Positions 1 through 10,418 of a stretch of 64,000 nucleotides of DNA are shown piece by piece; within the stretch, counting starts at the first letter, position 1, and each line of letters opens with the position of its first letter. Source of the DNA: a virus. Position numbers and translations under genes: made by a program. A model generated the notes under the pieces. That model had not been told where the DNA came from and did not search any database. It saw only the letters and a list, made by a program, of their open reading frames with translations. The stretch is from positions 32,001-96,000 of IMG/VR virus record IMGVR_UViG_3300042465_007464. The stretch is one strand, 5' to 3'.

Positions 1-2128
1 GAAGCGTTTTTTGACCCCAAACAACTACACCCTCATTAGGGAATGATGCAATTGGATTAATACGTGCTTCATACAATGTATCACGCATTGCTTGTGATAA
101 GTTTATGTATGTTTGAGTTACGTTTGTTAAACCTCCACGAGTCAAACCTGCAGGTGCATACCATGGAGCAGCAACACTATCATTGTATGCCAATACTCCT
201 GGTACTACTACGCTTGGTGGAACCCATACTGGTAAATTGTTTGATGGATTCACAATTCTTACCCAAGGATAATAAGTTGCTGTGTAATTGCTATCCAACG
301 TTGATACTTGATTAACTGCAGTTGCAATTGAATCTGTTTGTGCGTTGCTATCCATTACATAGAATGTATCTTGACGTCCTTCTGATAAATTACGTGCTGC
401 TTCTGTTACTGACGGATGTAAGCTATCAATAATACCTGGCGTCAACAACATGTTCATATCATAATAATCTGTATTAGCTAACAAGTTGAATGCAGTTTGA
501 TATGCCGTTGTACCTGCAGCATCGATATCTGTACAGTCAAATCCGAATGTATTAGCAGCAGTTATGTATTGTCCTGAAAATTTAGGAGTGTTTGGAGCTG
601 AACCATCAAATCCTCCTTGGAATGGAACAATGAATTTACGAGTATCTAATGCAACATTTGCAGTGAATGAACCGGAATCTAACGCTCCACCAAGAGAACC
701 TGTATATGGTGCTGTTGTTGAAGGATAACCAGCTTGTTTATTTTGACTACGATCACCTAAATAAAATGCGCTACCGCGGGTTGTTGAACCTGAATCTGGA
801 ATTGGAGATAAATATGCTAAGTTATATCTTGCACTCGTATTATCAAATGCAAATCCAAAATAGTTATTAGGACTATATGTATTGCTACGTACTTGACTCG
901 TATAATATGAAGGTGCAGTCCATCCAGCAGATATAGATCCAGATGCAGTTACATTTGGAATTGGTGCATATAATGCAGCGTGCCCAAACGGAATCAATGT
1001 TTTATCATTAGTGCGATTTGTAACTGCTTTAGTTACTTCAACACGAATAAAATTAGATAGATTTTCATAATCGCCGTTAACTACAACATCACCCGCAGAT
1101 GTAATTGTTCTATAACGATCACCAATTTTTTTCACTATGTAGTTTGATGATAATGGATTCAAATTACAATTTGTAAACGTTTCAACTACTTCAGGTTGTT
1201 TATCAGTATCAGCCGATTTATATGGAGAATTTGGAATATTTGTAGTATTAACTCTACGTACAACTACCGTAAAATCTCCATATCCTTGTGGATCTCCCGT
1301 TTCTGTGCTAGTACGAATATCACGTATTCCTACTTTTACTTCATGACTAACTGATGTACCATGTGATAATGTATGAAAACGGAACAAATCTTTAGTTACG
1401 GTACCAATCTGTTGTGACGTAATCCAAGGAGTTGTTGCATATTGATATGTAGTAGAAAAATCATATGTTGGTATGATTGCTAATGACATTGTCATTTGGC
1501 TGTAATTTGCAAATGAAAGATTTGCATCATACTGTGCATATACTGGGAAATCAATTGATTTCGGTGATGATCCAAATAACTTGGATACATATTGATTACT
1601 CGATGGATTAATTGAACATGTAAAGCCTTTACCTTCACCAATCGTCCAAGAACCGTCCCACCCTAATGCATCTGTTGCACCTAATGCAGTAAATGAACCA
1701 GATAATGTTAATGTAAATGATCCACTACCTAAATTTTGTAAACTAGAAGATTCAAATCCAGTTCCAGATACAACTTGCGTTGGATGTAATACGTGTGTTA
1801 CATATGAAGTAGAACCAGTTTTAGCAACTACGGCTAATACTCCATTTGTTAAAGAATATCCTGTTGAATTCAAAATACGCGTAACTGTCATTGCAGTTCC
1901 ACCATTTTTAAAATAATCAGCTACAACAAATGGAACGTACGATTCATCCGTATAAGATCCATATATTCTTGTAAATTCTTCATAAGACCTAACTGTTGTA
2001 GGTATAAATGCAGGACCTTTTACGGTCGGTCCTACGATTGCTGCACCAATTGATTGAATTGCTGCGGGTAATTGCGATTGGTCAATCTCACGTGTAAATA
2101 CGCCAGGTGACACTATTCTTTCTGCCAT
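1..2128 (-). CDS. Tail sheath protein (gp18-like), C-terminus beyond left edge
   Basis: Not in the ORF track. Manual translation from ATG 2128 gives MAERIVSPGVFTREIDQSQLPAAIQSIGAAIVGPTVKGPAFIPT, the typical sheath N-terminus (SPGV..RE.D...G.T.KGP). An AGGAG SD and a late motif lie upstream. Confidence 0.9.
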   Translation of the reverse strand, partial: MAERIVSPGVFTREIDQSQLPAAIQSIGAAIVGPTVKGPAFIPTTVRSYEEFTRIYGSYTDESYVPFVVADYFKNGGTAMTVTRILNSTGYSLTNGVLAVVAKTGSTSYVTHVLHPTQVVSGTGFESSSLQNLGSGSFTLTLSGSFTALGATDALGWDGSWTIGEGKGFTCSINPSSNQYVSKLFGSSPKSIDFPVYAQYDANLSFANYSQMTMSLAIIPTYDFSTTYQYATTPWITSQQIGTVTKDLFRFHTLSHGTSVSHEVKVGIRDIRTSTETGDPQGYGDFTVVVRRVNTTNIPNSPYKSADTDKQPEVVETFTNCNLNPLSSNYIVKKIGDRYRTITSAGDVVVNGDYENLSNFIRVEVTKAVTNRTNDKTLIPFGHAALYAPIPNVTASGSISAGWTAPSYYTSQVRSNTYSPNNYFGFAFDNTSARYNLAYLSPIPDSGSTTRGSAFYLGDRSQNKQAGYPSTTAPYTGSLGGALDSGSFTANVALDTRKFIVPFQGGFDGSAPNTPKFSGQYITAANTFGFDCTDIDAAGTTAYQTAFNLLANTDYYDMNMLLTPGIIDSLHPSVTEAARNLSEGRQDTFYVMDSNAQTDSIATAVNQVSTLDSNYTATYYPWVRIVNPSNNLPVWVPPSVVVPGVLAYNDSVAAPWYAPAGLTRGGLTNVTQTYINLSQAMRDTLYEARINPIASFPNEGVVVWGQKTL

Positions 2129-2155
2129 TAATATACTCCTTGTTTCTTTTTATTA

Positions 2156-2163
2156 ATAAATAT
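2156..2163 (-). promoter_or_regulatory. Putative late promoter ATATTTAT (example; about 20 copies in window)
   Basis: Same strand-oriented motif at 10409, 11385, 14315, 17826, 19697, 23484, 27298, 32011, 38084, 40221, 42180, 50604, 52936, 55097, 59883 and 62132 (minus), and at 56196 and 57359 (plus). Confidence 0.8.
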
Positions 2164-2181
2164 GGATCATGTACACCAAAC

Positions 2182-2451
2182 TTATTCTGCAGGAGTGAAT
2201 GTGCCGGCAGTTACGTCTATTTGACCTTCGCCGTAATGTTCTTTGAGTTGTGCAATCAATGCAGTTTCTTGATCTCGCAATGCGTCAAATTGTTGCAAAA
2301 CGTTGACTTGCATTTGTTGTATCGATTTCAATTGCGTTTCTGCATAGTGTAAATCTATTGCAATGCGTCCTAATTGTGTGGAATTTTCTGCGTATTGTGC
2401 TTGCAATTTTTGTATTGCATCTACATGGTCCGCATCTAATTTGCGTGTCAT
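2182..2451 (-). CDS. Small coiled-coil hypothetical protein
   Basis: 89 aa helical ORF ending L.E.YG.G.ID...G.F; SD AAAGGA; TTG-N20-TATAAT promoter upstream. Confidence 0.7.
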   Translation of the reverse strand: MTRKLDADHVDAIQKLQAQYAENSTQLGRIAIDLHYAETQLKSIQQMQVNVLQQFDALRDQETALIAQLKEHYGEGQIDVTAGTFTPAE

Positions 2452-2490
2452 AACTGTTGTCCTTTCTAGTTATTATAATGAATTTTTTTA

Positions 2491-5400
2491 TTAAGTCCAA
2501 TCGTTAGATGGTCTAAATTTGAAGATCCATATTGCGCCGGATTCAGTAGATTGATAATAACAATGTCCTAAACGACGGATATAGTTGCCACCAGGTATGT
2601 TAGTATCCATTTCACCCGAAGTGGTTCCATTTTTAATGTATACAACTAAACCGTGATCGACATTTGAAATTATAGGTCCATTTGTTCCGTTATCATCTTG
2701 TAATATATTACCTTCTAGTAATACTAAATTACTGTCTAAATAAATTCCTAACATGCGAGTTGCTAATTGTGTCGTTTGGTCTACAGCATACCACGTACCG
2801 TCATTTTCTAATGCTACTAAATTAAACTGAGCAACACTGCCATTTACACTAGCAACTTCAATTACTTCACCATCCCAGTTTGGTTTATTTATTGTGAACG
2901 ATTCTTGTGTAGTTAATGCAATAGTTTTTCTAAAAAAGTAAGGTGTTTTTATACTATAATTTAAAGATGGTGCTTCCCATTCAAATGATGCAACAGCTGT
3001 GCTATCTATTAATTGTCTATTTGTAGTGTCTAACGCGCCAGTTACGATTAAAGATCCCGTTATAATTACGCTTCCAGAGGTAGTCAATGATCCTGTTATA
3101 ATTACGCTTCCAGACCCATTTGTATTAAAGTTTGAATCGCCTCTAAAAACGCCAGCATCATTGTATTGTATATTATTAGTACTACCACCAGGAGTACCTC
3201 CACCACCTCCACCATTTAATGCATATGATGCAGTTAGTGCATATGATGCGGAAGTTACGGTTCCTACTACTCGAGATGCCGTAATAAATGAAGCTGTACT
3301 AGCAAATGAAGCTGATGTTGCAAATGATGATGTTACGGCACGAGATGATGATATGGCAAAGGATGCCGTCAATACACTACTTGTACCGGATGGTCCGAAT
3401 ACATTGGATGCTGTTATGAATGATGCAGTTAATGCAAATGATGATGTTACGGCACGAGATGCAGATACCGCATTTAAAACATACGATGCTGAAGTTGCTG
3501 TTCCAGTTAGATTACCTACAACGGTTGCTACTGTTAGAGTGTTGAATTTTGGATTATATGAAAGTGCATCACTTCCGCTATCCATATACTCTAGAGTTGT
3601 TACTGAATCAAGTGTGGAGGCAGTTGCAAATAATACGTAATACGTTGCATCAGCATCTGTATTTTTACCAATAGTCACTGCACTTGCCGTTGCTGCTACT
3701 AATGCATTATTTGCCCAACTTGCAGTTCCGTATAAACTACCTGTTATATTAGGTGCATTTAAAGAACCAGTTACGTTTTGGCTACCTGAAACGATTACCG
3801 TTCCAATTAAAGTTTGCGTATCGTTAACAGCATCGCCGAATTGATTCGAACCGGAAGAGTATATTACAGATGCAGTTTCATATGTCGTATTAAGATATGT
3901 AAATGAAGCCGTACCATTAAGGGTTAGATTACCATTAAATGTTAAATTCTGATTCAACGTATTCAAGTATGATGCTGTTAACGTAGTTATCGCAGTTTGT
4001 GCAATGTCAGCAAATGAAGCGGTACCAAACAACGATCCCGTAATACCACTTCCACTAACTAGCAATGATCCTGTAATTACCGCATCGCCAACGTATGGAA
4101 ATCCTGCTCCGCTGCCACCGCCATTCATGGCATATGATGCCGTTAAAGCGTATGAAGATGATATTGCATTTGATACATAAGATGCCGTTGTTGCGAAAGA
4201 TGCCGTACCTGATAAACTACCCGTAATTGATGATGCTAATAAAGAGCCTGTTACAGTTAAACCGTTTGTATAATTACCTGAACCTGATACATCTAACCCA
4301 TATGTTGGATCGGGTTGATTGATTCCAACAAGTGCATTTACAGAACCGCTAATAGTTTCTAATAACGTGTTTCCTGAAATTCCTAAATATAAATTTCTTG
4401 CAAAGATCACACTACCTATATTCATGCTACGCGTGGATCCACTTGGTAATGTTATGTTATTACCGATTATAATGTTACCTTGTCCTAATAAAAATCCTGA
4501 AGATAATATATCGGCATTTCTTCCTGCATTTGGTCCTATAAACGTAGATAAACTAGCAGATGGTTGTCCGTAGCCGGCACTTGAACCGATAAAGGTTGAA
4601 TTGTTTGCTAGTTTAGCATTCTGTCCGGCAGCATTCCCTATAAATGTTGAGCCTCGTAAGTTTATTGCATTGTATCCGGCATTGTAACCTATAAACGTAC
4701 CATTAGTTGTGTCAGAGTTCGGATCTAAATTACCGTTATAACCAGCTTCATAACCTATACTTACTGATAAACTTGAAGTTTTTACAAATCCACCTGCAGC
4801 ATACCCTATGTTAACAGACTGATCCGAATTCACAGACGTATATCCCGAACTATTTCCAATATATATTGAGTCACTACCTGATGTTGCGCCGCCACCAGCA
4901 TCTTGACCAATAAAAATAGATTTGGCTGCAAATTTTGCTGATACGCCGGCATTTTGTCCAATAGCTACAATAGATTCAGTTGATACATTACTAGACACTG
5001 ACAGTTCATAATATCCCGGGATAAAGCTGAACAATGAACTACCAGTAGATGCTAGTCTAGCATTTTCTACAAACGATGCGGTAGCTGCATATTGTACGTA
5101 ACTGGCAGTTTCAACAAATGATGCTGAAATTATTCGTGATGCGGTATCGACAAAACTTGCTGATACTACTCGAGATGCAGTTACTACAAAATCTGCATAC
5201 GTTACAAAACTTGAAGTAATTACGCGCGATGCAGTTTCAACAAAACTTGCTGATATTACTCGCGATGCGGTTGCAACAAAACTTGCTGATATTACTCGCG
5301 ATGCGGTTGCAACTGTGTTATTTTCTGATAAGAAGTTTACATATGATGCGGTTGCAACAAAACTTGCCGATTCTACAAAACTTGCTGTTACTACACGCGA

Positions 5401-7425
5401 TGCCGTTGCAACGAAACTTGCTGATACTACTCGAGATGCAGTTACTACAAAATCTGCATACGTTACAAAACTTGAAGTAATTACGCGCGATGCAGTTTCA
5501 ACAAAACTTGCTGAAATAGATCTGGATACGAAACTTGCAGTTAAAACTAAACTAGCAGTTCTTGCCAAATTTGCCGTTTCTACATAACTTGCTGTAGTTA
5601 TATTGCTTAAAGTTCCTATGTATGATGCCGTACCAAAAAACGAACCGGAAAACGAACCGGAAAACGAACCTGTTCCTGCTAAGTTAGTACCATCGAAAAT
5701 TAATTTATCAACCCCACCGAATGTGTTGTTGTTATTATATTGTATTTGTGTGTTACTTCCACCTGGCGTACCTGCTCCACCACCTCCTCCACCGTTTAAA
5801 GCATATGAGGCTGTAATAGCATATGATGAGCTTATAACGCTGTTAGAACCAAATGGTCCAAATACATTTGATGCTGTTACAAAAGATGATGTTAAAGCGT
5901 TAGTTGTCCAACTTGATGTACCAATTAATGTTCCTGTAAATGAGCCACTAAATGAACCTGTATTACTTAAAAATTGATCTACTCTGTTAGCTGTTAATAT
6001 TACAGATGGGATACCTGGGTGTGTACCTGAGATTGATTCTGCAAGTAATCTTAGATCAGTATCAGCAGATAGCCATATAATTTGGTAATAATCTCCAGCG
6101 GCTGATGTTACAAACCAGTTCCAAGCTGCTACTTGTTTATCATTATTACCACTTAGTGTTAAGGTAGTTGCTGTATCAGTTAAATCAATTCCATTTTTAC
6201 GTAACCATATTACTATTTCATCTGCTCCACTATCTGTTTTATCTATTTGTGCTGAGAATTGTATGTTATATACCCCGGCATTAGTTGTTTTAATATATGT
6301 GTTGAAAGGACTTGTTGATCCTGATATTGATACTCCGTTTGTAATGTCTGTTGAATTAAAAGACATTGAACGAGGTATATTAGCTACTGGGTTTGTTTGG
6401 ATTGTAGTGTCATAAAAACTACCATATGAACCAGTTGCCGTATTAAATCCACCTCCTCCGGTCGAACTAATTGTTACTTGACCTAAACCATTTATTGGTG
6501 ATAGTGTTATATTTGATCCTGCTAATAGTTGAGTTACTCCCCCTCCAGATCCTGTATTCACAGTTATTGGGAATGTATTTCCATCACCTTTTGTAAATGT
6601 AATTGTATTTGAAGATATAGAAGCAGTTACTAATGCATTTGGTGCATATGACGTGGTTAAGGCATTTTCTGCCCAAGATGCAGTACCATATAAACTTCCG
6701 GTTATATTAGGTGCATTTAATGAACCTGTAACTTCTAAACTTCCGCTTACGATTGTTCGACCAATCAACGTTTGCGTATCGTTAACGGCATCGCCGAATT
6801 GATTCGAACCGGAAGAGTATATTACAGATGCAGTTTCGTACGTTACGGTTAAATATGAAATTGATGCAGTTCCATTTAGAGTTAAATTACCATTAATAAT
6901 TTGATTTCCATTAAATGTATTTGAACCAGTCGTTGCTAAACTTGACGACTGCGCCGTAAATATTGGATCTGTTTCTTGATAATATGATGCCGTTGCTGCA
7001 TGCGATGCGGATATGGAAAAACTAGAACTTATAGCATTTAAGACATATGATGCTGTTTGTGCATAAGATGAAGTTGTAGAACGCGAAGCTGATGTTGCAA
7101 ATGAAGCCGATGTTGCATTTAAAACATATGATGATGTAACGGAATTCGTTGCCCAACTCGATGTACCAAATACGCTACCCGTAAATGAACCTGTAAATGA
7201 ACCTGTTGCTCGTAATGTAGTTCCGTCATATGTTAATTTATCAACTCCACTAAACGTATTGTTGTTATTGTATTGTATCTGCGTATTGCTTCCACCCGGT
7301 GTAGTAGTTCCACCACCACCGCCTCCGCCATTCATAGCATACGATGCTGTTACGGCATAACTTGCCGAAATATTATATAAAGATCCTGTTTGTAATTGTC
7401 CTGGTTTGAACTGTCTTGCCATTAT
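2491..7425 (-). CDS. Long tail-fibre/virion appendage protein with TAS[FY] and SGS repeats
   Basis: About 1640 aa. Poly-Gly-TPGGS..IQYN modules x3, TASF/TASY repeats, and IG..AG (YadA-head-like) repeats. Likely start is MARQFK at 7422-7425. Confidence 0.75.
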   Translation of the reverse strand: MMARQFKPGQLQTGSLYNISASYAVTASYAMNGGGGGGGTTTPGGSNTQIQYNNNNTFSGVDKLTYDGTTLRATGSFTGSFTGSVFGTSSWATNSVTSSYVLNATSASFATSASRSTTSSYAQTASYVLNAISSSFSISASHAATASYYQETDPIFTAQSSSLATTGSNTFNGNQIINGNLTLNGTASISYLTVTYETASVIYSSGSNQFGDAVNDTQTLIGRTIVSGSLEVTGSLNAPNITGSLYGTASWAENALTTSYAPNALVTASISSNTITFTKGDGNTFPITVNTGSGGGVTQLLAGSNITLSPINGLGQVTISSTGGGGFNTATGSYGSFYDTTIQTNPVANIPRSMSFNSTDITNGVSISGSTSPFNTYIKTTNAGVYNIQFSAQIDKTDSGADEIVIWLRKNGIDLTDTATTLTLSGNNDKQVAAWNWFVTSAAGDYYQIIWLSADTDLRLLAESISGTHPGIPSVILTANRVDQFLSNTGSFSGSFTGTLIGTSSWTTNALTSSFVTASNVFGPFGSNSVISSSYAITASYALNGGGGGGAGTPGGSNTQIQYNNNNTFGGVDKLIFDGTNLAGTGSFSGSFSGSFFGTASYIGTLSNITTASYVETANLARTASLVLTASFVSRSISASFVETASRVITSSFVTYADFVVTASRVVSASFVATASRVVTASFVESASFVATASYVNFLSENNTVATASRVISASFVATASRVISASFVETASRVITSSFVTYADFVVTASRVVSASFVDTASRIISASFVETASYVQYAATASFVENARLASTGSSLFSFIPGYYELSVSSNVSTESIVAIGQNAGVSAKFAAKSIFIGQDAGGGATSGSDSIYIGNSSGYTSVNSDQSVNIGYAAGGFVKTSSLSVSIGYEAGYNGNLDPNSDTTNGTFIGYNAGYNAINLRGSTFIGNAAGQNAKLANNSTFIGSSAGYGQPSASLSTFIGPNAGRNADILSSGFLLGQGNIIIGNNITLPSGSTRSMNIGSVIFARNLYLGISGNTLLETISGSVNALVGINQPDPTYGLDVSGSGNYTNGLTVTGSLLASSITGSLSGTASFATTASYVSNAISSSYALTASYAMNGGGSGAGFPYVGDAVITGSLLVSGSGITGSLFGTASFADIAQTAITTLTASYLNTLNQNLTFNGNLTLNGTASFTYLNTTYETASVIYSSGSNQFGDAVNDTQTLIGTVIVSGSQNVTGSLNAPNITGSLYGTASWANNALVAATASAVTIGKNTDADATYYVLFATASTLDSVTTLEYMDSGSDALSYNPKFNTLTVATVVGNLTGTATSASYVLNAVSASRAVTSSFALTASFITASNVFGPSGTSSVLTASFAISSSRAVTSSFATSASFASTASFITASRVVGTVTSASYALTASYALNGGGGGGTPGGSTNNIQYNDAGVFRGDSNFNTNGSGSVIITGSLTTSGSVIITGSLIVTGALDTTNRQLIDSTAVASFEWEAPSLNYSIKTPYFFRKTIALTTQESFTINKPNWDGEVIEVASVNGSVAQFNLVALENDGTWYAVDQTTQLATRMLGIYLDSNLVLLEGNILQDDNGTNGPIISNVDHGLVVYIKNGTTSGEMDTNIPGGNYIRRLGHCYYQSTESGAIWIFKFRPSNDWT
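5151..5514. repeat. Intragenic direct repeats (about 100 bp x2, plus a 36-bp tandem x2)
   Basis: 5153-5253 matches 5414-5514. caacaaaacttgctgatattactcgcgatgcggttg occurs at 5238-5273 and 5274-5309. These encode TASRVISASFV units. Confidence 0.9.
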
Positions 7426-8633
7426 TATGCCCACCTTCCATTAATAATTATCGTATCGGTGGAATCTATGGTGTAACCTAATGTTGAAGTATCAAACACG
7501 ATGCTTTGTGTCGTTGTGGTTGGAGTCCATGTGTAAACTGCTTTATCTATGTATTGTCCGTTAATGTATACGTTGAATTCGTTTTTAGTTGCAGCTGCTC
7601 CAGTAACTGGATTTGTTGCTGCAGCTGTGGAAACAGTAACAGTTGTTGATGTTGACCACGTTGCAATTTGATCCGACAATTCGGTTAAATATGATAAAGT
7701 TGCCGCATCTAATGTTCCTGTCGTTGCGCCAGTAACCCGTATCGTCTGTGCAGTACTTGCAATTCGCAATATTGGTGCAGGTACCGTGGTCGTGCTAAAT
7801 AAGTCTACATCTACATCTACAACTGAATCAAATGTTAATTTTTTAACTGAATACATTTTTTTAAGAGTTGATATGCGACTTTCTTGTGCGGATAATAAAG
7901 TACCTTGCACCGTTAATGGTACTGTAGCACGAACCAAACGATCTTCTCCAACCGTGTTTACGGTTTCAAATGAAAATTGTCCTATCGCCGTTGGAAATTT
8001 ATTTCCTTCATTACCCCAAGAAAAACGTCCATATGGTAATATTTGATCTACTAATGCGTTCATTTGTGTGGAAAAATCACACCATAACATCATTTCATAT
8101 TCAACAGTTACATATTTAGGAATATCAATTACGTATATTTTTTCCGATGATTGTGGTTGATTTGTTGGTATTGGAAACAATTCATCTTCATATTGATTGC
8201 GTTTGTTGTAACGTGCTTTATGTGTAAGATAGTTTCCCGTTTGTGGACGATTAACATCCAACGTACGTTGCGTATCTCGTTCCATTACACTGCCTCGTTT
8301 CAACATGATAACGGGAGATTGCAACATTCCTTTTTCATCTCGCAAATAACCTAAACGTCGTACGTTATCCCATTTTTCTCCGTTTGCAAAAATAACAGGT
8401 ACTGGTATGATTTCTTTGTTTGATTCGATTTGCGGACGTATTTCATTGTCTACGTACCATTTAATAGCATAATCAATATCATAAACCGTACGTTGTTTGG
8501 TACGAATCACATCGTCATCTCGTCGAGTTTGCATCGATCGATTCAACAATTGATCTGGAGTCAATCCTTCCGTTGTAGTAGGATTGGGTTTGTTAGTTTT
8601 ACGATCGATATTTTCTCTATTAAACTTTGGCAT
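7425..8633 (-). CDS. Tail completion/sheath stabiliser (gp15-like) with C-terminal extension
   Basis: VPVIFA..EKW and P.YV..EYE...W motifs; follows the neck genes. Confidence 0.6.
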   Translation of the reverse strand: MPKFNRENIDRKTNKPNPTTTEGLTPDQLLNRSMQTRRDDDVIRTKQRTVYDIDYAIKWYVDNEIRPQIESNKEIIPVPVIFANGEKWDNVRRLGYLRDEKGMLQSPVIMLKRGSVMERDTQRTLDVNRPQTGNYLTHKARYNKRNQYEDELFPIPTNQPQSSEKIYVIDIPKYVTVEYEMMLWCDFSTQMNALVDQILPYGRFSWGNEGNKFPTAIGQFSFETVNTVGEDRLVRATVPLTVQGTLLSAQESRISTLKKMYSVKKLTFDSVVDVDVDLFSTTTVPAPILRIASTAQTIRVTGATTGTLDAATLSYLTELSDQIATWSTSTTVTVSTAAATNPVTGAAATKNEFNVYINGQYIDKAVYTWTPTTTTQSIVFDTSTLGYTIDSTDTIIINGRWA

Positions 8634-9154
8634 TAATGTCCTTTATATGCAGGCGAATTATTATTACCACCGCGTCGAATATTTGTTATACCTTGTGGAG
8701 TTTGTCGTGTTGCATGTGCGTCACATACTACAGAAACACTGTAACCATGTTGCGAACCATTTGGCCACGTTTCTGGATTTTTTCCAGCAAAGTATTGATT
8801 CGCATCAACATTGTCTAATTCGTAGTATTCATTATCCCAAAATACAATGTCCCCAACTTCTGGAAAGAAATCTGCAGTTTCTAATGTATCGCGTGACAAC
8901 GCAAATTGTGCTGTACGCGTATATGAATGACCGTAATCATCCATTGTTGCAGTTTTAGTTTCTTTGGTAATCAAACAAGGTATTATGATTGAATCATAAT
9001 ATGATTTAGTTTCGGATTCTCCGTAAATGTTTGAGTTACTAGATTCTACAATTAATTTAAAAAATTCAATTTCAGTATCTACAACCGCATTCATCAATTC
9101 CGAATTGATTGCGGCTAAAAAGCGTGCATCTCTAATCCCTCCAAAAAGTGCCAT
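8633..9154 (-). CDS. Neck/head-closure protein (gp14-like)
   Basis: NIYGES and FPEVGDIV.W...YYE motifs; synteny. Confidence 0.65.
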   Translation of the reverse strand: MALFGGIRDARFLAAINSELMNAVVDTEIEFFKLIVESSNSNIYGESETKSYYDSIIIPCLITKETKTATMDDYGHSYTRTAQFALSRDTLETADFFPEVGDIVFWDNEYYELDNVDANQYFAGKNPETWPNGSQHGYSVSVVCDAHATRQTPQGITNIRRGGNNNSPAYKGH

Positions 9155-9166
9155 ATCTGTTCTCCT

Positions 9167-10390
9167 TTATCCAACATAAATTTTTAATGGAACCTTTGCA
9201 AGAATTTCATTCATCTGAGTTGCTTCTGCATTTTGTCTCGTTAACATTTGTTCTTTTGTGAGTTTATCTAAAAATTCACGAAGTTGTGCAATTAAAGTTT
9301 CTTTTTCACTTTGTCCTTGCGATACTAATTCTGAACCGTTAAGTGTTACTTCTGCTCCTGGTATAGGAACTGATGAATATTTGTTGCGGACAAAGCCTAA
9401 CATTTCTTTTGCAATTGCCGCGCCATATTTAATAATCCACGCACGCCCCATATCATTAATTGTACTGTATGTTTGATACGTGTATGGTATATTTGATGCG
9501 TCACTAACAACATTGTTTACAAGTGCCGTATTACCAAATAACAAGGCATCATTATTTTTTTCATCTTCTAATATGTATTCAACCCAAACTTGTCCGTAGA
9601 ATATACTAGATGCAGAAGAACCTGTACCTGCAGTTGGTATTGGCCAAAATTTAATATCATCACCGTGCAATTCAAATGTGTAATGTGACTTACGTATTTG
9701 ATCGTTAAATTCAATTGCTTGTAGTCTAAACAAATCTGCATGTATTGGCATCATCATGAAACTAATTGATGGCGAAAATCCACCAAAGTTAAATGAATCT
9801 AACAATTGTTGCGAACCTAAACCAGTACCAACAAATGGATCAAAATAACGAACGATTGCTGGAGGTGGATTATGAAGTACTCGTTTAACTTCAATTGCAC
9901 TCCCTGATACGTTTACTCCTGATGCAGATACTGCAGTTTTCAAACTATATGTTTGTTGACCCGGTACCATATCGATTTTGACTTTACGCCATGCAACAGT
10001 ACCACCCGAATCAGCTTCAGTACCATATGCCTTTGAAAGGCGCGTAATATATCCGAATGAATTTCCAACTACATGATCCGTAAAACTAGAACCAGATAAT
10101 GCACCCGTATTAGTTTTTATTCCTAACGTATTCATCAAGTTGTTAACAATATTAACTTGATTAATTTGATTGGAATATTCCATTACCGCAGCTTCAAATG
10201 CTGTATAGAAATTTATAGCCTGGAGTTCAACATCCATTATAGGATAACCTACATGTTGTGCAGCATATTTTGCAAATGAATCTGCATGACGTTGAAACAA
10301 TGGATCACTATCAAAATGACCAAACGGCGTAGATCCTGTTGTAAATGAAGAAGAACCTGACCAAATCGGCTTGTTTTGTGAATAATCCAT
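9167..10390 (-). CDS. Neck/head-tail adaptor protein (gp13-like)
   Basis: GYPIMDVEL at the N-terminus and WI.KY..A..KE.LG.VR.KY..VPIPG..VTLNG at the C-terminus. Confidence 0.75.
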   Translation of the reverse strand: MDYSQNKPIWSGSSSFTTGSTPFGHFDSDPLFQRHADSFAKYAAQHVGYPIMDVELQAINFYTAFEAAVMEYSNQINQVNIVNNLMNTLGIKTNTGALSGSSFTDHVVGNSFGYITRLSKAYGTEADSGGTVAWRKVKIDMVPGQQTYSLKTAVSASGVNVSGSAIEVKRVLHNPPPAIVRYFDPFVGTGLGSQQLLDSFNFGGFSPSISFMMMPIHADLFRLQAIEFNDQIRKSHYTFELHGDDIKFWPIPTAGTGSSASSIFYGQVWVEYILEDEKNNDALLFGNTALVNNVVSDASNIPYTYQTYSTINDMGRAWIIKYGAAIAKEMLGFVRNKYSSVPIPGAEVTLNGSELVSQGQSEKETLIAQLREFLDKLTKEQMLTRQNAEATQMNEILAKVPLKIYVG

Positions 10391-10418
10391 ACGTGTTTCC
10401 TTTTATATATAAATATCG

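Noticed and set aside
64-870. Plus-strand ORFs 64-315 and 667-870
   Set aside because: They are antisense shadows of the tail sheath gene, which the track missed because it runs off the edge.
5238-5309. 36-bp repeats as a CRISPR array
   Set aside because: The copies are directly adjacent with no spacers, in frame within a fibre gene, and there are no cas genes.
2999-5977. Plus-strand ORFs inside the fibre gene (e.g. 2999-3640)
   Set aside because: Antisense frames kept open by the repetitive codon pattern; no promoter or SD.
10407-10416. Plus-strand TATAAATA as canonical T4 late promoters
   Set aside because: They would point away from the adjacent genes, and the motif flips for plus-strand genes, so the functional reading is TATTTAT.
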